64,000 nucleotides of DNA, taken from contig JAAYGI010000068.1 of NCBI GenBank assembly GCA_012727815.1, positions 7,404 through 71,403 of the forward strand, given 5' to 3'. The position numbers and the translations under genes were made by a program. Under the pieces are notes generated by a model that saw only the letters and a list, made by a program, of their open reading frames with translations, was not told the DNA's origin and searched no databases. This document shows positions 10,472 to 21,432 of this stretch, piece after piece (the stretch's first letter is position 1; every line of letters begins with the position of its first letter). This DNA is from Erysipelothrix sp. (GTDB taxonomy: Bacteria > Bacillota_I > Bacilli_A > Erysipelotrichales > Erysipelotrichaceae).

Positions 10472-11336
10472 CCTTTTTTAAGATTGTAAAGATACTGTTG
10501 ATGATAAGAATCAATACAAAGAGCACAAGTCCTGTTGCAATCAAAGCTTCTCGATGCAGTCCTGCTGCATAACCCATTTCAATAACAATGTTACCAGTTA
10601 GGGTTCTTACACCTTTTAAGATATCAAAAGGTAGTCTTACTACTGCTTGGTTTCCAACAACCATGATAACAGCCATTGTTTCACCAATCGCACGTCCTAT
10701 TCCTAATACTAAAGATGCCATGATACCTGATTTTGCAGCAGGAATCATTACAGAGTATAAAGACTTTTCATGGGTTGCACCCAGTGCTATTGAACTTTCA
10801 TACATTGTTTTTGATACACTATTCATTGCATTGTGACTTACCGTAATAATTGTTGGTAGTATCATCATTGCAAGTAAGATGGCAGCACTTAGGATACTGT
10901 TACCATTTCCTCCTATATTTCTAATAAAGGGAACGATAACAACCAGTCCAAAGAAACCATATACAACAGATGGAATACCTGCCATTAAATTAATAAGTGA
11001 CAATAATCTGTTTTTTACTTTTTTTGAACTTTCAAATGTTAGATAGATTGCTGCACCAATTCCAATTGGAGCGGCAATCAGAGTTGCATATGTTGTTACA
11101 TAGATACTTCCAAGTATCATGGGGAATATTCCAAAAGCCGGTGGTATATTTCCAGGTAGCCACTCTTTACCCAGTAAAAACTTAAAGAAGCCTATCTTTT
11201 GAAGTGCTGGTAAACCATTCACTAAAAGAAAGCCACAAATAAGTATGATCGATAAGATGGAAAAAGAAGCAGCGATTAGAAAGACTGCTTTCATCGCCAC
11301 TTGCATTTTCCTGTTGGATAAAAATCTATTCAACAT
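10461..11336 (-). CDS. pstC: phosphate ABC transporter permease
   Basis: AGIPSVVYGFFG, GRAIGETMAVIMVVGN. Confidence 0.94.
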   Translation of the reverse strand: MLNRFLSNRKMQVAMKAVFLIAASFSILSIILICGFLLVNGLPALQKIGFFKFLLGKEWLPGNIPPAFGIFPMILGSIYVTTYATLIAAPIGIGAAIYLTFESSKKVKNRLLSLINLMAGIPSVVYGFFGLVVIVPFIRNIGGNGNSILSAAILLAMMILPTIITVSHNAMNSVSKTMYESSIALGATHEKSLYSVMIPAAKSGIMASLVLGIGRAIGETMAVIMVVGNQAVVRLPFDILKGVRTLTGNIVIEMGYAAGLHREALIATGLVLFVLILIINSIFTILKKDDR

Positions 11337-11337
11337 A

Positions 11338-12198
11338 TTAGTCTTTTATAAGTTCTGACCAAGTTTTAATATTTCCGACATAAATATCTTTAACTTGTGC
11401 ACTACTTATATCACTCATTGTATTCTCTTTATTAACAACCACTACAATCCCATCGATTGCAATTACGATTGGTTTAACAAGTTCAAGTTCTTCTTCTTTA
11501 AGATTTCTACTTGCCATACCGATGTTAGCTGTTTTATCTACAGCAGCTTGTACACCTGCTGTTGAATCGTTAGTTTGTATTTCAATTGTTGCATTTGGGT
11601 TTAAAACTTTATATGCTTCAACAAGTTTTTCCATTACTGGTGATACACTTGATGATCCTGCAATTACAATTTTTCCTGAAATTGCTTCTGGTTGATATTT
11701 GCTTTCTGTTTCAACTGAAATGTAGCCATTGTCTTCGACTACTTTTTGTCCTTCCATTGAAAGTACATATTTAATGAAGTCATCGCTTAATTCGTCTAAA
11801 TCGTCATTTACTACGATGTTAAATGGACGCGCTATTTTATAATCACCACTTCTGATGTTATCAACTGTTGGTTCAACACCATCAATACTTAATCCTTTTA
11901 ATGTATCGTTAAGTGATCCAAGTGATAAGTATCCGATTGCGTGTAAGTCATTTGCAACGTTGTTCATTACAACGTCTGTCTTATTTGCAATAACAGCCTC
12001 TGGTGTTGTTTTATCTTGTTTGTTACCGTTGGCATCTTTTTCTTCAACACCTACAAGTTCGATGAAGGCACCACGTGTCCCACTTCCATCTTCTCTTGAT
12101 ACTACTGTAATATCTTTTGTTTTATCAAATCCGTCATTTTTTGAAGCACATCCTGTTAGTACAAGGGCTGCTGCTAATATAATTAATAGTTTTTTCAT
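11338..12198 (-). CDS. pstS: phosphate-binding lipoprotein
   Basis: Start re-called at MKKLLIIL (AAGGAG RBS); lipobox LTGC; SREDGSGTRGAF and AGSSSV motifs. Confidence 0.92.
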   Translation of the reverse strand: MKKLLIILAAALVLTGCASKNDGFDKTKDITVVSREDGSGTRGAFIELVGVEEKDANGNKQDKTTPEAVIANKTDVVMNNVANDLHAIGYLSLGSLNDTLKGLSIDGVEPTVDNIRSGDYKIARPFNIVVNDDLDELSDDFIKYVLSMEGQKVVEDNGYISVETESKYQPEAISGKIVIAGSSSVSPVMEKLVEAYKVLNPNATIEIQTNDSTAGVQAAVDKTANIGMASRNLKEEELELVKPIVIAIDGIVVVVNKENTMSDISSAQVKDIYVGNIKTWSELIKD

Positions 12199-12240
12199 AT
12201 TCATATCTCCTTTAATTACAGACACATAATAGCAAGTGAT

Positions 12241-12280
12241 TGTAAAAGACATATGCATGGTATTGTAAAGTTTATGTAAA
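12241..12280 (-). promoter_or_regulatory. Pho boxes upstream of pstS
   Basis: TTTACA copies on the minus strand at 12275-80 and 12264-69 (11-bp period) and at 12241-46; matches the Firmicute PhoP TT(A/T/C)ACA repeat. Confidence 0.7.
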
Positions 12281-12314
12281 GTTTGAATTATTCTTAAATT
12301 ATTTGTATATCTAA

Positions 12315-12352
12315 TAAAAAGAGCTCACGACTTATATGTCGTGAGTTCTTTA
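12315..12352. terminator. intrinsic terminator hairpin
   Basis: AAAAAGAGCTCACGAC-TTATAT-GTCGTGAGTTCTTT. Confidence 0.65.
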
Positions 12353-12830
12353 TTACAATTCTTTTGTTCAATGTACTTCTTCTATATTATAATCTATGAC
12401 AATAACTCCATCGTTACCTGAAATCATGATTTTTTCTCCCAGTAATTTTAAAAATATAAGTGTTGATATTTTCTATATAATGGATATTATCACAGTGGTT
12501 ATATTTTCTCTATATAATCAGCACTTATTAAATAAACAATAGCACATTAGAAACTTGTATGTAACTCTTTTCTTTTGTCTGAAAATTCAAAAGTAGCACT
12601 TCATAATAAACTACCTACCAAATAAAAATATCTAGCAAACGATCAACAGTCTTTTTATCTCCATTTTAATATTTAATGAGTTTACGCTGGATATATATTA
12701 TATCTTGATTAGTTGTATACAAAGAAGATTGGTGGGTGGAGTAGTGGTTCATTTATAGGACTTTATTTTTATCTACTCTATATCACTTCCTAATAGAAAA
12801 GACTCCCAATTTCATGAGAGTCTTTGGTAT

Positions 12831-13688
12831 CTAGTTTCTTTTAATTAGATATTCATTGTAAAGTTCATTTTTAGAAATATTGTATTGTTTTGCTATTTTT
12901 GTAATAGATCGTGAAGGGGACATACCTTCTAAGATTTCTTGTTCTACTTCCATGAGTAAGGCTTCAATAGAAATTTCTTCTGATTTGTTGTTACCTTCAA
13001 GTATCAGTACAAACTCTCCCTTTAATGTTATTTCAGTTTCCAGAAGTGACTCTAGATCTGTTCTAATAAACTCTTCATGAAGTTTTGTAATTTCACGTGC
13101 AAGGCAGACTTGTCTGTTTCCTAAAATATTATGGATTGTTTTAAGTGTCTTTTCAACCCTATGTACAGATACGTAGAATATTAAAGTATGTTCAATTGCT
13201 TCAATAGATTGTACTTGTTTCTTAAGTAGTGTTTCTTTTGTTTCTAAAAAACCCATAAAAGAAAAGGGTTGTGTTACAAGACCTGATGCTACCAAGGCAT
13301 TTAAAAATGCACTAGAACCTGATATTGGAACAACTGGATAACCCTTTGCAATAACCTCACTAACAAGGGTTTGTCCAGGATCACTTATTAAAGGATATCC
13401 AGCATCACTTACAAGGGCAACACTTTTTCCTTCATCAAGTAACTTGATAATACCACTAGTACTCTTTTTCTCATTATGCATGTGATATGCAATGGTTTGA
13501 GTTTGGATATCAAAGTGATCTAAAAGTTTTCCTGTAGTACGCGTATCCTCTGCTGCAATAATATCTACCTTATTAAGAGTTTCAATTGCACGTGGCGTCA
13601 TCTCTGATAAATTACCTATAGGGGTTGCTACAATATAAAGTGTCGGTCTTTCTTCTTTGAAACTTTTTTGTATCTTCATTTTTATCAT
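12831..13688 (-). CDS. rsmI: 16S rRNA (cytidine1402-2'-O)-methyltransferase
   Basis: LYIVATPIGNL, AEDTR, SDAGYPLISDPG, REITKLHEE, KGEFVL. Confidence 0.96.
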   Translation of the reverse strand: MIKMKIQKSFKEERPTLYIVATPIGNLSEMTPRAIETLNKVDIIAAEDTRTTGKLLDHFDIQTQTIAYHMHNEKKSTSGIIKLLDEGKSVALVSDAGYPLISDPGQTLVSEVIAKGYPVVPISGSSAFLNALVASGLVTQPFSFMGFLETKETLLKKQVQSIEAIEHTLIFYVSVHRVEKTLKTIHNILGNRQVCLAREITKLHEEFIRTDLESLLETEITLKGEFVLILEGNNKSEEISIEALLMEVEQEILEGMSPSRSITKIAKQYNISKNELYNEYLIKRN

Positions 13689-13717
13689 CCTTCTTATTTA
13701 TATTTAAGCGATTAATT

Positions 13718-14635
13718 TTATAAACCTTTATTCAGTTCATATACAAATTGGTCAATAAGCATACTGCTAATTACACCTGGTCTTATTCTATCTTTTATTA
13801 TCATTGATACTTTTAAGAGTTCTAGATCTTTTAAACTTATTTGTTGTGTATCATCAACACCTTGGATTGAATATGTTAGTTCATGAAGTACACAGAGCCA
13901 CTCTATCGCCTTTAGGTTAAACTTATGCGTTTTTATACCATAGACTTGTAAAGCGATACCTGCCTCTACGTATTGTCCTTTACGATAGAGTCTTTTCATG
14001 GTGTGGAAAGTATCAATAACATTATGGAAAAGTTTATCATCATGAATTTCAAGTGCTTCTTTTATATCTTTAGATACAAAAGAAAGTACTTTAGCATTAT
14101 AAGGATCAAGTCCTTCATTGATTAAGTTTTCTTCTAAGATCAATTTATCAACTCTTGCTAAATTTAGAATAAGACATCTTGATTTAATCGTTTCTAATAC
14201 TTTATTAATATTTGATGTTGTTAGAATTGCTACAATGTTTGAATCAGGCTCCTCTAAAAATTTTAGAAAGCTATTCATAGCTACAAGTGAAGCATTATCA
14301 ACATCATGGATAACATATACCTTATGTTTAACATCTTCCAAACTTGTTTGTAGGAATCTTGATTTAACATTCATGACATCTTCTTTACTAATCGTTTTGT
14401 CTTGACCACTTACTAGAACATAATCTGAGTGGTTGTCTTCATCTACCTTTATGCATGATTCACATATATTACATGGTGAATCATTATAGTTTGTACAGAA
14501 TAGACTCTTAGCCATATATGTTGCTACAGCCTCAGTATCACTTTCACCTACTAGTAAATAGGCATGTGAAACTTTATCCTGTGCAATTTGTTTTTGTATT
14601 AATTCTATAGACTTCTTTTGTCTTTGCTTAAGCAT
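13718..14635 (-). CDS. holB: DNA polymerase III delta' subunit
   Basis: SHAYLL, CxxCxxC Zn motif, NSFLKFLEEP, TIKSRC; between tmk and rsmI. Confidence 0.88.
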   Translation of the reverse strand: MLKQRQKKSIELIQKQIAQDKVSHAYLLVGESDTEAVATYMAKSLFCTNYNDSPCNICESCIKVDEDNHSDYVLVSGQDKTISKEDVMNVKSRFLQTSLEDVKHKVYVIHDVDNASLVAMNSFLKFLEEPDSNIVAILTTSNINKVLETIKSRCLILNLARVDKLILEENLINEGLDPYNAKVLSFVSKDIKEALEIHDDKLFHNVIDTFHTMKRLYRKGQYVEAGIALQVYGIKTHKFNLKAIEWLCVLHELTYSIQGVDDTQQISLKDLELLKVSMIIKDRIRPGVISSMLIDQFVYELNKGL

Positions 14636-15251
14636 GCAGCATCATTCTTTCTTCAATAATCTTTATTACTTCTTTTGTGACAGTTTCAACATCTCTTGTA
14701 CCATCCACAACTATAATTCTTGGATTGTCTTTAATAATTTCTTGATATCCATTATATACTCTATGGAAGAAATCATTTCCTGATTCTTCTAATCTGTCCA
14801 GTGTATCTCTTGTACCAATTCTACTTAATCCTGTTTTTACATCAACATCTAAAAATATGGTGAATTTTGGCATATGAGATTCAATCGCAAACTTGTTAAT
14901 TTCCATAACCTCTTCTGCTCCCAGTTCTTTTCCATATCCTTGGTATGCAATAGAGCTATCAATAAAACGATCGCATATAACGAGTGTTTTTTCTTTTAAA
15001 GCAGGAAGTATCTTTTCTACTAGGTGTTGACGTCGACTTGCTGCAAAGAGTAAAGCCTCCGTTCTATCATCCATTGTATCGTTGATAGGATCTAAGATAA
15101 GTTCTCTTATCTTCTCAGCAATAATATTGCCACCTGGTTCTCTTGTTAGCATTACATTTGTATTTTTTTCTAAAAAGTATTCATATACTAATTTTGTGAT
15201 CGTACTTTTTCCGCTACCATCAATACCTTCAAAACTAATAAATAATCCCAT
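14628..15251 (-). CDS. tmk: thymidylate kinase
   Basis: FISFEGIDGSGKST, TREPGG, CDRFIDSSIAYQG. Confidence 0.97.
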   Translation of the reverse strand: MGLFISFEGIDGSGKSTITKLVYEYFLEKNTNVMLTREPGGNIIAEKIRELILDPINDTMDDRTEALLFAASRRQHLVEKILPALKEKTLVICDRFIDSSIAYQGYGKELGAEEVMEINKFAIESHMPKFTIFLDVDVKTGLSRIGTRDTLDRLEESGNDFFHRVYNGYQEIIKDNPRIIVVDGTRDVETVTKEVIKIIEERMMLHA

Positions 15252-15253
15252 TT

Positions 15254-15862
15254 CTATGCTCCAATCTTGTCGTATTTATTTAACATATTTAAAAATAATT
15301 CTATCAGTGTTCCTGATACAAGTACAAATACAAAGGGTCCCCATGCAAAAGGAACTCCTAAAAGTATTGCAAGTGTGAACAGAACTGTATCTGCAATTGT
15401 CTTTGCTGTTTTAATGGATATATGTGCTCTGTCTTTAAGGATGTCAATTGATCCATCATATGTTGATCTTCCCAAATCTTCTTTAACATATATGGCTACA
15501 CCCAACGTGTAACAAAATACTGCGAATATGAATACAAGAGCTGTTGCAGCAAGACTTGTTATCAGAGGCATTCTTGGTAAAAGAGAGTCTATGGTAAGAC
15601 CAATAATCACTGGAGACAAAATCGTACCAATATTGATTTGCTTTCTATCGTATATTAAAGGAATCAAGAGTAGCACAAAGGACACGATGAGGTTTGCAAA
15701 TCCTAAACTTATATTAAGTTGCACAGAAACCCCTTGCCAAAAGTAGGAAAGGGGATCTGCACCTATAGTCATATTTGCAAAGACAATACCTAAACCGAGT
15801 ATTATAGAACCAATCGTTATCTTTAATATCTTAATGACATTATTTTTTTCTTTTCTTTTCAT
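15254..15862 (-). CDS. YczE/YyaS/YitT-like membrane protein
   Basis: Several TM helices; GADP and INIGTIL, DLGRSTYDG repeat pattern. Confidence 0.7.
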   Translation of the reverse strand: MKRKEKNNVIKILKITIGSIILGLGIVFANMTIGADPLSYFWQGVSVQLNISLGFANLIVSFVLLLIPLIYDRKQINIGTILSPVIIGLTIDSLLPRMPLITSLAATALVFIFAVFCYTLGVAIYVKEDLGRSTYDGSIDILKDRAHISIKTAKTIADTVLFTLAILLGVPFAWGPFVFVLVSGTLIELFLNMLNKYDKIGA

Positions 15863-15955
15863 AGTATTATTATAGTATATATGAAGACCTTTTTGTACTA
15901 ATAAAGAAAAAAGGTCTCTTTATTCAAGAAACCTTAATTTATATGCTATATTTTG

Positions 15956-16264
15956 CTATTCTTTTGGTTTTGGTAAGATAAATACTTGTTCTTCTGATTT
16001 AGACATTAAGTGTTTACCTCTGGCATAATTTTGAACATAATTAGAATCTGATAACTTTGCTTTTAAGCTCAGTAAGTTTTCATTTTCTTGTTCTATTTCG
16101 TTAATCTCTTCTTTAATAATCATTAAGTCTTTCTTTGTTTGAGACTGTTTCATGACAACCTGTCCTGCCTCATACAATATAAATCCTGATGCCACTATGA
16201 AAACAAGTGATAGCAAATTGCTAAACCATTTTTTGAATTTTACGTTCTTTTTCTTTGAAGACAT
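15956..16264 (-). CDS. septum formation initiator (DivIC/FtsB family)
   Basis: TM helix plus coiled coil plus YVQNYARGKHLMSKSEEQVF; follows the mfd-yabO block as in other Firmicutes. Confidence 0.82.
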   Translation of the reverse strand: MSSKKKNVKFKKWFSNLLSLVFIVASGFILYEAGQVVMKQSQTKKDLMIIKEEINEIEQENENLLSLKAKLSDSNYVQNYARGKHLMSKSEEQVFILPKPKE

Positions 16265-16519
16265 AAATTGCTCCTTTGTATAACTTGATAGTATAACTTT
16301 TACTCATTATAGTATATATTTCTTTATATATCATTACAATTATACTAATTTTCAGAAGTTTAGCAAGTTTGGTCACAAAATTTTCACATTGCATATGTGA
16401 AAACATTAATTTATTCTTGTATTGAGTGATAATAATCATTTCTTAAAGATTAAAATCATAGGTGATTATGTCTGAAAATTTTGTTAATACTCCTCTTTAC
16501 ATATTTTGAATCTTTTTTT

Positions 16520-16801
16520 CTATATTTTTAATGTTAAATCTGTTTTTCTGCTGACTGATTTATCGAATATTAATTCAAAATAAGGTTGTGCATCTTTATG
16601 CATCTTTTCACTCATGTATTCTATCTTTAAACGAATATGACGATGTTCAAATTGGATTTCTACTTCATCACCTATTTGAACATCTGTAGATGGTTTTGCT
16701 AATCGATCATTAACAAATACACGATCATCGTCTGCTAAATCTTTAGCAACAGTACGTCTTTTAATAACTCTTGATACTTTTAAATATTTATCTAGTCTCA
16801 T
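16520..16801 (-). CDS. S4-domain RNA-binding protein (YabO/RqcP, Hsp15-like)
   Basis: MRLDKYLKVSRVIKRRTVAK...AKPSTDVQIGD. Confidence 0.9.
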   Translation of the reverse strand: MRLDKYLKVSRVIKRRTVAKDLADDDRVFVNDRLAKPSTDVQIGDEVEIQFEHRHIRLKIEYMSEKMHKDAQPYFELIFDKSVSRKTDLTLKI

Positions 16802-16806
16802 GTTTT

Positions 16807-19800
16807 TTAGTCCTTTATGTTTTCTAGTATGTATAGTAAGTCTTCAAACCAATAGTCTGTTTTAGGAATGGTTAGAGATATCATCTTTTTAATATATTTA
16901 ATCTTAATATCATAAGAACGCTCACTTACGATCTCAAATAACTTTGTCCCATCCATATTATCACTATAGCTTTGGGTAAAGGTAAGTTCGACGGTTGTTC
17001 TGAGTTCCTTGAAGGATTCAATACGTGAATCTTCAAGAAGTATCTCTAAACGTTTTTTCTCAAGCAACATGTCTACTGCATTGGGTAGTTTTCCATATCT
17101 GTCTTTGAGTGCATCTATCATTACTTTTAAACCAGTGATAGTTTTAATTTTGTCTATTTGTTGGTATAAGTCCAATTTCTCTTGATCATCTGTTGTAAAT
17201 TTATCAGGTATAAAACCTTCAACATTAAGATTGTATCTTTGTTTCTCTTCTTCTACTTTTTGCTTACCTTGTCTTATGTCGATGGCTTCTTTTAGAAGTT
17301 CTACATAGAGTTCGATTCCGATTGAATCTATAAATCCGGATTGATTACCACCCAGAAGTTCACCAGCTCCACGAATGGTTAGATCTCGCATTGCTATCTT
17401 ATAACCACTTCCAAGTTGTGTGAACTCTTTAATTGCTTGTAATCTTTTACTTGCAACTTCTGTTAGATTTCGTTTCTCAGGTATAATAAAGTAAGCATAG
17501 GCAAGTCTATCACTACGTCCTACACGTCCCTTTATTTGGTAAAGTTGAGAGAGTCCGAAGCGGTGGGCATTGTCTACAAGAATTGTATTTGCGTTGGGTA
17601 TATCTATTCCTGTTTCAATAATCGTTGTTGTTACAAGGATGTTTAATTCCTTACTTACAAATCGCATCATAATATCTTCAATTTCATTTTTATCCATTTG
17701 ACCATGTACAACACCAACTCTTGCATTTGTAACATGGGCTTGAATGGTACTTGCGATTGAATATATCTGATCTATATTGTTGTATAAATAGAAAGCTTGT
17801 CCTTCTCTATTAAGTTCTTTTTGTAAAACATCATAGATAGTCTTTTGATTTTTCTCAATGACATAGGTCATTACAGGAAGTCTATTTGATGGAGGTGTGT
17901 TGAGTTGTGATAAAGATCTAATACCAATAAGAGACATTTGAAGTGTTCTTGGGATTGGAGTTGCACTTAATGAAAGTACATCTACTTCAACCTTGTATTC
18001 TTTTATCTTTTCTTTATGTTCAACACCAAATCTTTGTTCCTCATCAATAATAAGTAACCCTAAATCATGGGCTTTAACATCCTTTGATAAAACACGGTGT
18101 GTACCTATCAAGATATCAACATGTCCTTCTTTGAATCGTTTTAAGATATCCTTTTGTTTTAATGGACTTACAAATCGATTCAGTACTTCTATTGTTACTG
18201 GGTAGTTTTCAAATCTTTTAATAAATGTTTTATAGTGTTGTTGACTTAGAATTGTTGTAGGACATAGAAATATAATCTGTTTCTCATCAACAATTGCTTT
18301 GAATGCTGCTCGAATGGCAACTTCTGTTTTCCCAAAACCAACATCCCCACATAGAAGTCTATCCATAGGGGAGGATGATTCCATATCCCTTTTAATCTCT
18401 TCTACTGCTTGTGCTTGATCTCTTGTTAATTGATAAGGGAATTCCTTTTCAAATTTAATTTGGTATTCTGTATCTTTTGAAAATGCATATCCTGATGATT
18501 TTGATCTGTCTGAATATATTTGAAGTAGCTTGTCTGCAATATCATTAATACTATTTTTAATACGTTCCTGGTTTTTCTTCCAAGTACTTGTTCCCAGTTT
18601 ACTTAATCTTACAGCAAGTGCTTCTGATGATATATATTTTCTAACAAGATTAAATTGTTCTAAGGGAACAAAGAGTTCATCTCCATCTTTATATTGAATA
18701 CGCATGAAATCTTTTTGGATTCCATCTATTTCTTTAGTAGAGATCCCCATATATTTCCCAATACCATATTGTCTATGTACAACATAATCAAATGTATCGA
18801 GTTCATTTATTTGCTGAAGTGTCTCTGCTTGGAAGAATTTACTATCATAGTGATATTTCTTCTCTTGGAAATGGAAGAGTTCTTTTTCTGTATAAACAAC
18901 AGTATCAATATCTTCAATGATGAATCCACCCATCATGTCACTCATATATAGATAAAGACCAAATTCTTCTTGATCTGTAAGATTTTGATAAACAATATCT
19001 TGTTTGATTAAAAGTTCAATGATTTCTTCATATTTTTCTTCGCTAAGTGCAAGAATAACACGTTTGTTTTTAGATTCTTTTTGAATGTGTTTAAGAGTAT
19101 CTGAAATATTAACAGATACGATGTTGGCACTATGCCAGTGTAAGCTTAAAGCGTTATTTGCTTCATATTCGAAAGTTTTTGTTGCTTCGATATGTGCCAG
19201 TTTCTCAGGTTCTGCAAATAAATCATAATTAAGAACCAAAAGATCGTTTTGATTTCTTTCTTGAACAAAATCAATAGTATCTTTTGTCGTATCTTCAATA
19301 TTTCTCATTACTGCTTCTATTGGACTAATAATAACTTTATCATTGTTAATAAAATCAAGTACTGTCTCATATTGCGTCCAGTTTGCAAGATAAGGATAAA
19401 GTGTATCTTCATATTGCATGTTCTCAAGTAGATCTAACTGCATACTTGCTTCTTCTTGTAACTCAATTGTTGCTTCTTTAAGTTTAAGAGATAGGGTTTC
19501 CTTAATTTCACTGATATCATTTTCTTTTAATAAAACATCACTTGCAAATATTAGGGAAGCCTTATCAACAGTTTTAATTGATCTTTGTGTATCAATATCA
19601 AAATATCTAAGTGAATCTATTTCGATATCAAAAAACTCTATTCTTAAAGGATGTTCATCATGAACTGAATACACATCACAAATTCCACCTCTTAATGCAT
19701 AGGTAAAGGGTCTCTCGACATATTTAACGCGTCTATAGCCCATACTTTCAAGTTTAAGGACTAAATCCTTTGGATCATAGATTTGATTTAAAGAGAGCTC

Positions 19801-20202
19801 TAGTATTGCATCTTGTAATATTGATTTTGGACTAATTTTTCTAAGTGTTGACATACCATAGGTAATACAGACATCATAGTTGTCATTCATAAGACTGTAT
19901 AAAGCACTAATTCTTTCTTGTCTTAGGAAATCTGATGCTGCTATGGCTTCAACTCTTAAGGATTCTTCATGTGAATATGTAATGATTCTAAGATTAGGAT
20001 CTAATGAATATAGGTTTTCTTTAAGTTTAATCATTTGAGATTCATTCTCTTTAACGACAAAAAGCGGTGTTTTCTTTTGTAGATAAACACCGTATAGTAA
20101 GAGACTTTCTTGCTTCTCACTTAAATGAGCTGCATTTTTATTTTTATTGATGAAGTCTTTTACGTCTATATTTTTTCTTAAGTAATCTTTTAGCCAGTAC
20201 AT
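16807..20202 (-). CDS. mfd: transcription-repair coupling factor
   Basis: CarD-like VVHRQYGIGKY, MDRLLCGDVGFGKTEVA, DEEQRFGV, SATPIPRTL, QIKGRVGRS, TRG motif. Confidence 0.97.
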   Translation of the reverse strand: MYWLKDYLRKNIDVKDFINKNKNAAHLSEKQESLLLYGVYLQKKTPLFVVKENESQMIKLKENLYSLDPNLRIITYSHEESLRVEAIAASDFLRQERISALYSLMNDNYDVCITYGMSTLRKISPKSILQDAILELSLNQIYDPKDLVLKLESMGYRRVKYVERPFTYALRGGICDVYSVHDEHPLRIEFFDIEIDSLRYFDIDTQRSIKTVDKASLIFASDVLLKENDISEIKETLSLKLKEATIELQEEASMQLDLLENMQYEDTLYPYLANWTQYETVLDFINNDKVIISPIEAVMRNIEDTTKDTIDFVQERNQNDLLVLNYDLFAEPEKLAHIEATKTFEYEANNALSLHWHSANIVSVNISDTLKHIQKESKNKRVILALSEEKYEEIIELLIKQDIVYQNLTDQEEFGLYLYMSDMMGGFIIEDIDTVVYTEKELFHFQEKKYHYDSKFFQAETLQQINELDTFDYVVHRQYGIGKYMGISTKEIDGIQKDFMRIQYKDGDELFVPLEQFNLVRKYISSEALAVRLSKLGTSTWKKNQERIKNSINDIADKLLQIYSDRSKSSGYAFSKDTEYQIKFEKEFPYQLTRDQAQAVEEIKRDMESSSPMDRLLCGDVGFGKTEVAIRAAFKAIVDEKQIIFLCPTTILSQQHYKTFIKRFENYPVTIEVLNRFVSPLKQKDILKRFKEGHVDILIGTHRVLSKDVKAHDLGLLIIDEEQRFGVEHKEKIKEYKVEVDVLSLSATPIPRTLQMSLIGIRSLSQLNTPPSNRLPVMTYVIEKNQKTIYDVLQKELNREGQAFYLYNNIDQIYSIASTIQAHVTNARVGVVHGQMDKNEIEDIMMRFVSKELNILVTTTIIETGIDIPNANTILVDNAHRFGLSQLYQIKGRVGRSDRLAYAYFIIPEKRNLTEVASKRLQAIKEFTQLGSGYKIAMRDLTIRGAGELLGGNQSGFIDSIGIELYVELLKEAIDIRQGKQKVEEEKQRYNLNVEGFIPDKFTTDDQEKLDLYQQIDKIKTITGLKVMIDALKDRYGKLPNAVDMLLEKKRLEILLEDSRIESFKELRTTVELTFTQSYSDNMDGTKLFEIVSERSYDIKIKYIKKMISLTIPKTDYWFEDLLYILENIKD

Positions 20203-20212
20203 AATGTCCTTT

Positions 20213-20752
20213 CTAATTATATTTATTCATTAAATCTAGTAGCTTCATACCATCTAGATAGTCAATAATACAATCACTTGCACGATCAATAGGAGTACTT
20301 TTATCAATTTTCCCAAGTACATAATCAACAGTTTCAATCATCTTGTTATTACCAATACCAATTTTTAGTCTTAAGAATTCTCTTGTTCCCAATCTATCAA
20401 TGATATTTTGAATACCACGTTGACCCCCTGATGATCCTTTATCTCTCAGTCTTATTTTACCAAGTTCTAAGTCTAAATCATCTGTTATGACTATCATATC
20501 TTTTGCTGTTAAGTTGTAATATTTTAATATTTCTTGAACACTTTCTCCTGAAAGGTTCATGTAAGTTAGGGGTTTTACCAGGATAACTTTTTCCATATTT
20601 ACAAAGGTTTCACCGATTAGGGCTTTAAATTTCCTTGTTGTAATTGTTGTGTTGAGTCTTTGTGCAACTTTATCTATTGTTAAAAAACCGACATTATGGC
20701 GTGTATTTTCATATTGTTTTCCCGGATTACCTAATCCAATAACGACCTTCAT
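20213..20752 (-). CDS. pth: peptidyl-tRNA hydrolase
   Basis: GLGNPGKQYENTRHNVGF, KPLTYMNLSG, DYVLG. Confidence 0.96.
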   Translation of the reverse strand: MKVVIGLGNPGKQYENTRHNVGFLTIDKVAQRLNTTITTRKFKALIGETFVNMEKVILVKPLTYMNLSGESVQEILKYYNLTAKDMIVITDDLDLELGKIRLRDKGSSGGQRGIQNIIDRLGTREFLRLKIGIGNNKMIETVDYVLGKIDKSTPIDRASDCIIDYLDGMKLLDLMNKYN

Positions 20753-20793
20753 ACTATCTCCTTCTTATTAAACAAAAAGAATAAGGTAGGACC

Positions 20794-21408
20794 TTATTCT
20801 TTGTTTTCATCATAAATTACTTTTAAGTGACGGTTTCTACCTGAATCTTCACTTCTTGTTCGCACCTTAGGCATCTTAGATAATTCTTGGTGAATTACAC
20901 GACGCTCATCATTTGGCATTGGATCAAGTGATGCATCAACTTTCGTTCTTGCAACTTTTCTACCAATACTTTTAGCAAGTGCGCGTAGCCTTTTGTAGCG
21001 ATCTTTTTTGTAATTGTTGATATCAACCATTACAAAGAATCTACGTTTGAAGGTAGAACTAACTACCTGGCGTAACAAGACATTGAAGCCCTGTAGTGTT
21101 TGTCCATTTTTTCCGATTAAGATTCCATTGTTATCTGAATTAAGGTTAATGTTGATATTATTATTAATAATTTCTACTTCACGTGTTATGTCTAAATCAA
21201 AACCTTTAAAGTAATTGTCTAAATAATCCTCAACGAAGAGTACTACATCACTTGGAACAAATGCTTCAACCGTAACTGATGCACCAAATCCAAGAAATCC
21301 TGATTTCTCTTCTAAAACAAAATGAGTGATTGTTTCTACTGCTACATCTTTTTCAGCTGCAATATTATTTAAAACTTCATCTAATGTTTTACCTGTATAT
21401 TTCTTCAT
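20794..21408 (-). CDS. jag: RNA-binding protein Jag/EloR/KhpB
   Basis: Jag_N domain, KH (GILIGKNGQTL), R3H (ERRVIHQEL). Confidence 0.92.
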   Translation of the reverse strand: MKKYTGKTLDEVLNNIAAEKDVAVETITHFVLEEKSGFLGFGASVTVEAFVPSDVVLFVEDYLDNYFKGFDLDITREVEIINNNININLNSDNNGILIGKNGQTLQGFNVLLRQVVSSTFKRRFFVMVDINNYKKDRYKRLRALAKSIGRKVARTKVDASLDPMPNDERRVIHQELSKMPKVRTRSEDSGRNRHLKVIYDENKE

Positions 21409-21432
21409 AATTTCCTCCCAATTAGTTGGTTA

